Assembly (NCBI GenBank): GCA_040398805.1
Contig: JBBATK010000008.1
Coordinates: 28,060-92,059 of the forward strand
Length of the DNA stretch: 64,000 bases
DNA from: Candidatus Kapaibacterium sp.
Lineage (GTDB): Bacteria; Bacteroidota; Ignavibacteria; Kapaibacteriales; NICIL-2
Direction: 5' to 3'
Part shown: positions 59,472-64,000 of the stretch, piece after piece
Layout: every line of letters begins with the position of its first letter
Numbering within the stretch: the stretch's first letter is position 1
Translations under genes and position numbers: made by a program
Notes under the pieces: generated by a model
Database searches by the model: none
The model's input: only the letters and a program-made list of their open reading frames with translations
Told to the model about the DNA's origin: nothing

Positions 59472-60938
59472 ATGAACAGACGTCATTTCTTTGAGCGCAT
59501 CCTGAACGGCGAGGATTCCCCTCGGTTGCAGGTATCCGGCGGACTCGAGCCGTACAAACCGAACGAACCGCTATCCCGCGCCGATGCCCTTCATCTGCTG
59601 GGCCGCACGACCTTCGGTGCCACGCTTGCCGACGTGGACAAGGCCGCAACCATGACGCCCGGAGCGGCCGTCGATGCATTGTTCGTCGCATCCTCGTCCG
59701 CGCCGCCGCCCGTGTGGAGCTCGGTGGATCCCGCCACGGAGAATTTCCCCGATGCCCAGGCGCGTCAGTCCGAATACTACAAACGCTATTACGAGACCCA
59801 GCAATGGTGGTTCGCGCGCATGCGGACCGGTTCCTTCTCCATTCAGGAGAAACTCACGCTGTTCTGGCACTCCTTCCTGTGTTCGGATTACATCAAGGTA
59901 TACATACCGCAGTACATGGTGGTGCAGAACCAACTGTTCCGCAGTCAAGCATGGGGGAACGTGAAGACGCTTATCGGCGCGTTGGTGTCGGACCCCGCCA
60001 TGCTCATCTATCTGGACAACGTCGTCAGCATCAAGGGCAACCCCAACGAGAATTTCGCCCGCGAGCTTCTGGAACTGTTCTCTTTAGGTATCAACAACTA
60101 CACCGAGGAAGATGTCGTGGAATCCTCGCGCGCCCTGACGGGATGGCGTATCAAGGGTCTGCGCGGACAGTTCTACCCTGAGTATTGGGACAACACGTCG
60201 AAGACCTTCCTGGGCAAGACCGGCGCCCTGAACACCGACGACATCATCAACGCCATCTTTGAGAAGGATGCCTGCGCGATGTACTTCGCGCGCCGTTTGT
60301 ACAAGGCCTTCGTGTACGACGTGCCCGACGAGAAAATCGTCGCCGAACTAGCACAGGTCCTGCGCGCGAACAACTACGAGCTCAAGCCCACACTCTCCGT
60401 GCTGCTCAAGAGCGCCCACTTCTTCGATAGGGAATTCCGCGGCTCGCTCATCAAGTCGCCCATCGAATTCGTCGCCGGCCTGCAGCGCCAGCTTGGGTAT
60501 GCCGACGTTCCGGATCAATACTCCGTGAGCGCGGCCACGGCGTTGAACCTGGAGCTGCTGTATCCGCCGACGGTGGAGGGCTGGAAGGGTGCGCACCTGT
60601 GGCTGAACACGAACCTGTATCCCTTGCGTCAGCGGATCGTGGAAGCGGTGGTGGAAGGCAAGCGTCAGGACACGAACATGGCATTCGCCAAGAAGCCCGA
60701 TGTCGTCGCCTTCGCGCAGCGGTTCGCCAACGTGAACAAGGCCGCGGACTTCGTCAGCGACGTGGCGGCGTTCCTGCTCACTACGCCAATCGGACCGAAA
60801 GAGCACGAGTTCCTGCTGGAGTCGTTGCTGCAAGGCGCGCGCGACTACGAGTGGAACATCCAGATGCCCAACGCGGAGTTCCGCGTGCGGGAACTGTTGA
60901 AGGCCGTCATGACCCTGCCCGAGTATCAATTGTATTAA
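59472..60938 (+). CDS. DUF1800 domain-containing protein
   Basis: Motifs: LTLFWHSF, MLIYLDN and NENFARELLELFSLG are typical of DUF1800. Paired with DUF1501 downstream. Confidence 0.8.
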   Translation: MNRRHFFERILNGEDSPRLQVSGGLEPYKPNEPLSRADALHLLGRTTFGATLADVDKAATMTPGAAVDALFVASSSAPPPVWSSVDPATENFPDAQARQSEYYKRYYETQQWWFARMRTGSFSIQEKLTLFWHSFLCSDYIKVYIPQYMVVQNQLFRSQAWGNVKTLIGALVSDPAMLIYLDNVVSIKGNPNENFARELLELFSLGINNYTEEDVVESSRALTGWRIKGLRGQFYPEYWDNTSKTFLGKTGALNTDDIINAIFEKDACAMYFARRLYKAFVYDVPDEKIVAELAQVLRANNYELKPTLSVLLKSAHFFDREFRGSLIKSPIEFVAGLQRQLGYADVPDQYSVSAATALNLELLYPPTVEGWKGAHLWLNTNLYPLRQRIVEAVVEGKRQDTNMAFAKKPDVVAFAQRFANVNKAADFVSDVAAFLLTTPIGPKEHEFLLESLLQGARDYEWNIQMPNAEFRVRELLKAVMTLPEYQLY

Positions 60939-60957
60939 CAGCAACGGGAGACCAACG

Positions 60958-62529
60958 ATGAAACGCAGAGAATTCCTCTCGCAATCCGGAAAGACCATGG
61001 CAGTGGCGGCGCTCGCAAGCGGTATGCGCGGCGTGAACATGAGCGCCTTGGCGTCGTCGCCCGTGATGCCCGCCATGCAGCAGCTGGTGCAGGACTCGGA
61101 CAGAGTGCTCGTGCTGATCCAGCTCACCGGCGGCAACGACGGTCTGAACACGGTGATACCCGTGGACGATCCGCTGTACTACAATGCGCGGAAGAACATC
61201 GCCATCCCCAAGGCCAAAGCCCTGAAGCTGCGCGACGGTCTGGCGCTTCATCCCACGATGACGGGCTTCCGTGACCTGTTCAACGACGGCCGGCTGAGCA
61301 TCGTCCAGAACGTGACATATCCCAATCCCGACCGTTCGCACTTCCGCGGTACGGACATCTGGCTTACCGCCACCGACGCCGATGTGTTCAAGAGCACGGG
61401 CTGGTTGGGACGGTACCTGCAGACCCTTGCGCCGAACTTCCCCGCCGTGATGCCCACCGAGCCGTTGGCCATCCAGATCGGTGAGACGTTGTCATTGGGT
61501 TTCAAAGCCGATAAGGGTTCGCTCGGAATCACCTTCCGCGATCCCGATGCCTTCTATTCCCTAGTCGATCAGAATGTGAATTCCACCTACGATGCCGCTC
61601 CCGCCACGATCGCCGGCGCAGAGCTGGACTATGTGCGCAGTGTGGAGAAGGCCTCGCAGGTGTATTCGAAGACGGTGAAGGCCGCGGCCGACAAGGTGAA
61701 GACGAACAAGGTGACCTATCCCCAGAACAATCCCTTGGCGCGGAGCCTGCAGATCGTCTCCCGTCTTATCGCCGGAGGATTGTCCACGAAGATGTATCTG
61801 GTGAGCATCACGGGGTCGTCCTTCGACACGCACTTCAATCAGGGTGGTGAGAACGGCGTACATGCGCAACTGCTCTCCTATCTCAGCGAAGCCGTCACGT
61901 TGTTCCTGAACGATTGCGAGCAATTGGGAACGGCCGACAGGGTGGCGGGATTGACGTTCTCCGAGTTCGGACGCAGGGTGGCGGAGAATGGAAGTCAAGG
62001 CACGGACCACGGAACGGCTGCGCCCTTGTTCGTGTTCGGTAAGAACATCGTGGGCGGCAAGATCCATGGAAAGAATCCCGATCTCGTGAACCTGGACAGT
62101 CGCGGCGACTTGCTCATGGAGTACGACTATCGTCAGGTGTATGCCGCATCCCTGATGCAGTGGTTCGGCACGGGCAACGATGTGATGACGCAGACCCTGT
62201 TCCGGGACTTCTCGACACTGCCGTTGTTTCAACAGCGCGCCACGGATGTGGAAACGGAAAACGCAATGCTCATGCAAGCCATGGAGTGCTTCCCTCAGCC
62301 CTGCGACGAACAGGCGCATGTGCGCTACCTGGTGCCCGCAGACTCCGACGTGAGCTTGCAGCTTTTGGATATCCGCGGCAGCTCTCTGGGAGGCATATCC
62401 GAAGGTACCCTCGGCGCGGGCATGCACAGCAGTGTGCTCCGTACCTCGCACTTGGCAAGCGGAACGTATTTCGTGCGCCTGCGCTGCGGACGGTACGAAC
62501 ACATGAAAGCGCTGCACGTGCAGCGGTAG
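60958..62529 (+). CDS. DUF1501 (sulfatase-like) protein with Tat signal and T9SS C-terminal sorting domain
   Basis: N-terminus MKRREFLSQSGKTMAVAALA. Motifs: GGNDGLNTVIP, FDTH, GTDHGTA. C-terminal FPQPC...LQLLDIRGSSL...LASGTYFVRL. Confidence 0.85.
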   Translation: MKRREFLSQSGKTMAVAALASGMRGVNMSALASSPVMPAMQQLVQDSDRVLVLIQLTGGNDGLNTVIPVDDPLYYNARKNIAIPKAKALKLRDGLALHPTMTGFRDLFNDGRLSIVQNVTYPNPDRSHFRGTDIWLTATDADVFKSTGWLGRYLQTLAPNFPAVMPTEPLAIQIGETLSLGFKADKGSLGITFRDPDAFYSLVDQNVNSTYDAAPATIAGAELDYVRSVEKASQVYSKTVKAAADKVKTNKVTYPQNNPLARSLQIVSRLIAGGLSTKMYLVSITGSSFDTHFNQGGENGVHAQLLSYLSEAVTLFLNDCEQLGTADRVAGLTFSEFGRRVAENGSQGTDHGTAAPLFVFGKNIVGGKIHGKNPDLVNLDSRGDLLMEYDYRQVYAASLMQWFGTGNDVMTQTLFRDFSTLPLFQQRATDVETENAMLMQAMECFPQPCDEQAHVRYLVPADSDVSLQLLDIRGSSLGGISEGTLGAGMHSSVLRTSHLASGTYFVRLRCGRYEHMKALHVQR

Positions 62530-62552
62530 GGATCGCCGTCGGATACGGCTTC

Positions 62553-63416
62553 TCAGCCCATGGAATGGAGGGCCATGTGATTGCCCTCGCTATCGATGAA
62601 GATGGCCATGTAACCGAACGAATTGGGGAGCTCGCTCTTGCCCATGATGATATGGCCGCCCGCCGCTTCGATACGGGCAAGGACCGGAGCCAGGTCCGGA
62701 TTGGCATTCAAGTACAGCAACGGACCCGCAGTGGCGGGCTTATGCTCCTTGATGTGCACCAACGCGCCGGTGGCGCCATCGCCTTCGGAAGGGAACACCG
62801 CCATGGGAATGGGTTCCATCGCTCCCGGCAGTTCCATGCGCTGCATCGGGCGATCGAAGACGCTTTCATAGAACCGAACGGCGCGCTCGAAATCGGCCGT
62901 CGGAATCTCGAACCAATCCACCGCGGATCTGTTCACCGTGGCCCGCTTCTCTTCGCCTCCGGTGGCGCGCGCAAGAATGGACGTGGTGGACGTATCATGG
63001 ACGAAGGGGATGAGCGCCACCTCGCCGCCGCTAGAGCGCACGAACTCCGCACCGACCACATTCTCTTCCGTGTAATCCCCGCCCTTGACAAGCACGTCCG
63101 GTCGCACCTCGTGAATCAATTCCAGCGGCGTGTCCTCATCGAAGACCACCACCATGTCCACGGAGCGGAGGGCATCGAGGACGATGGCGCGCTCGCGTTC
63201 GGAATTGACGGGACGCGCAGGGCCTTTGAGACGGCGCACGGAGGCATCGCTGTTGAGTCCGAGTACAAGCATGTCGCCATGCGCGCGGGCACGTGCCAGG
63301 TAGTCCGCATGGCCTGCGTGGAGGATATCGAAACACCCGTTGGTGAACACGATGCGCACGTTGTCGACACGTGCTGCATCACAAACGGCGGATATGTCGG
63401 AGCGGTCGACGATCAT
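62553..63416 (-). CDS. fusion protein: D-beta-D-heptose 1-phosphate adenylyltransferase (RfaE domain II) plus VOC/glyoxalase-fold domain
   Basis: N-terminal half: [17 protein letters not shown]...GLNSD...VKGGDY. C-terminal half: [22 protein letters not shown]...[13 protein letters not shown]. One uninterrupted frame. Confidence 0.75.
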   Translation of the reverse strand: MIVDRSDISAVCDAARVDNVRIVFTNGCFDILHAGHADYLARARAHGDMLVLGLNSDASVRRLKGPARPVNSERERAIVLDALRSVDMVVVFDEDTPLELIHEVRPDVLVKGGDYTEENVVGAEFVRSSGGEVALIPFVHDTSTTSILARATGGEEKRATVNRSAVDWFEIPTADFERAVRFYESVFDRPMQRMELPGAMEPIPMAVFPSEGDGATGALVHIKEHKPATAGPLLYLNANPDLAPVLARIEAAGGHIIMGKSELPNSFGYMAIFIDSEGNHMALHSMG

Positions 63417-63459
63417 ACGATGACGATGATGGTTCTCTGCGAAGATACGGGAGGGGGAC

Positions 63460-64000
63460 TTACTCGATGTCCCACGGACGCGGCGGCGGAGCCGAGGGAT
63501 TGCGGCGCGGCGGCGTTTGCGGCGGTGCGGGACGTCCGGCAGGCCGGACGAGCGAGGAATCGCTCATGCGAACAGGGGAGTCCTTGTGCTGCGGAGCGGG
63601 GCTGATACGGGCGTCACGTCCGCTGCGTTTCACGTCGGCCGCTACGGAGGATGCATCACCGCCTGCTTCGCGCAACAGATCGATGTCGGAGACAGGATGT
63701 TCTTGGCGCTGGAACTCCACGTGCGGAAGGACCGCTTGGAGTTTCTCCTGGAGCGAGGCTCTGGTGAACGGTTTGCGGATGAACCCGTCGGCACCCAGGC
63801 GCAGCGCAATGCCCATGCTGTCGGCATCGCCTGCGGCGGTGACGACAAGGACGGGGATGTCGCGTGTGACATGCATCGACTTCAGCAAGCGCAGTGTCTG
63901 CAATCCGTCGATCTCCGGCATTACCACGTCCAGAATGATGGCATGCGGTCGGTCGTTGACGGCCGAGCCGATGGCATCATACGCATTGGAGGCGATGTTC
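63460..64000 (-). CDS. response regulator receiver protein with Pro-rich C-terminal tail (5' end outside the window)
   Basis: The frame is open to the window edge. Contains ...[18 protein letters not shown]...PVLVVTA...[10 protein letters not shown]. Confidence 0.75.
   Translation of the reverse strand, partial: NIASNAYDAIGSAVNDRPHAIILDVVMPEIDGLQTLRLLKSMHVTRDIPVLVVTAAGDADSMGIALRLGADGFIRKPFTRASLQEKLQAVLPHVEFQRQEHPVSDIDLLREAGGDASSVAADVKRSGRDARISPAPQHKDSPVRMSDSSLVRPAGRPAPPQTPPRRNPSAPPPRPWDIE

Overview
Visibly GC-rich bacterial chromosome segment with about 60 protein genes, one tRNA and no rRNA, CRISPR array or obvious mobile element. The lineage looks like the FCB superphylum (Bacteroidota/Rhodothermota/Ignavibacteriota-like). 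Evidence: four proteins end in T9SS-type C-terminal sorting domains, a TTTG-N20-TAttTTTG promoter precedes the tRNA, and the arginine cluster is Bacteroidetes-style (GNAT-argG-argC-argF'-argB-M20-argH). Housekeeping content includes the arg operon, fabF, mraY, clpC, lspA, eno, trxA, ribH, a SulP transporter plus beta-carbonic anhydrase, PolX, LPS/glycan transferases and several alpha/beta hydrolases. The most interesting part is a light-related accessory stretch at 4.7-14 kb. It holds a COG3046 photolyase-like protein that appears to lack three of the four Fe-S cysteine ligands, with alkB divergent from it. It also holds a monocistronic DTE-motif rhodopsin behind a ~600-nt non-coding region, followed by a CpcT/CpeT-like lipoprotein. 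A 55-nt nucleotide-level conserved leader element (47/55 identical) sits 20-21 nt upstream of both the rhodopsin and a Bor-like lipoprotein gene. Other oddities: a bacterial protein with three AT-hook modules, and a metallophosphoesterase interrupted by an in-frame TAG. There is also a PolX whose polymerase catalytic aspartates look degenerate, an RfaE-II/VOC fusion, a GT2 with an Arg/Gly-rich N-terminal extension, and a DUF1501 protein carrying both a Tat signal and a T9SS sorting domain. I found no recognisable defence system. All family assignments come from motif recognition by eye, not database searches.
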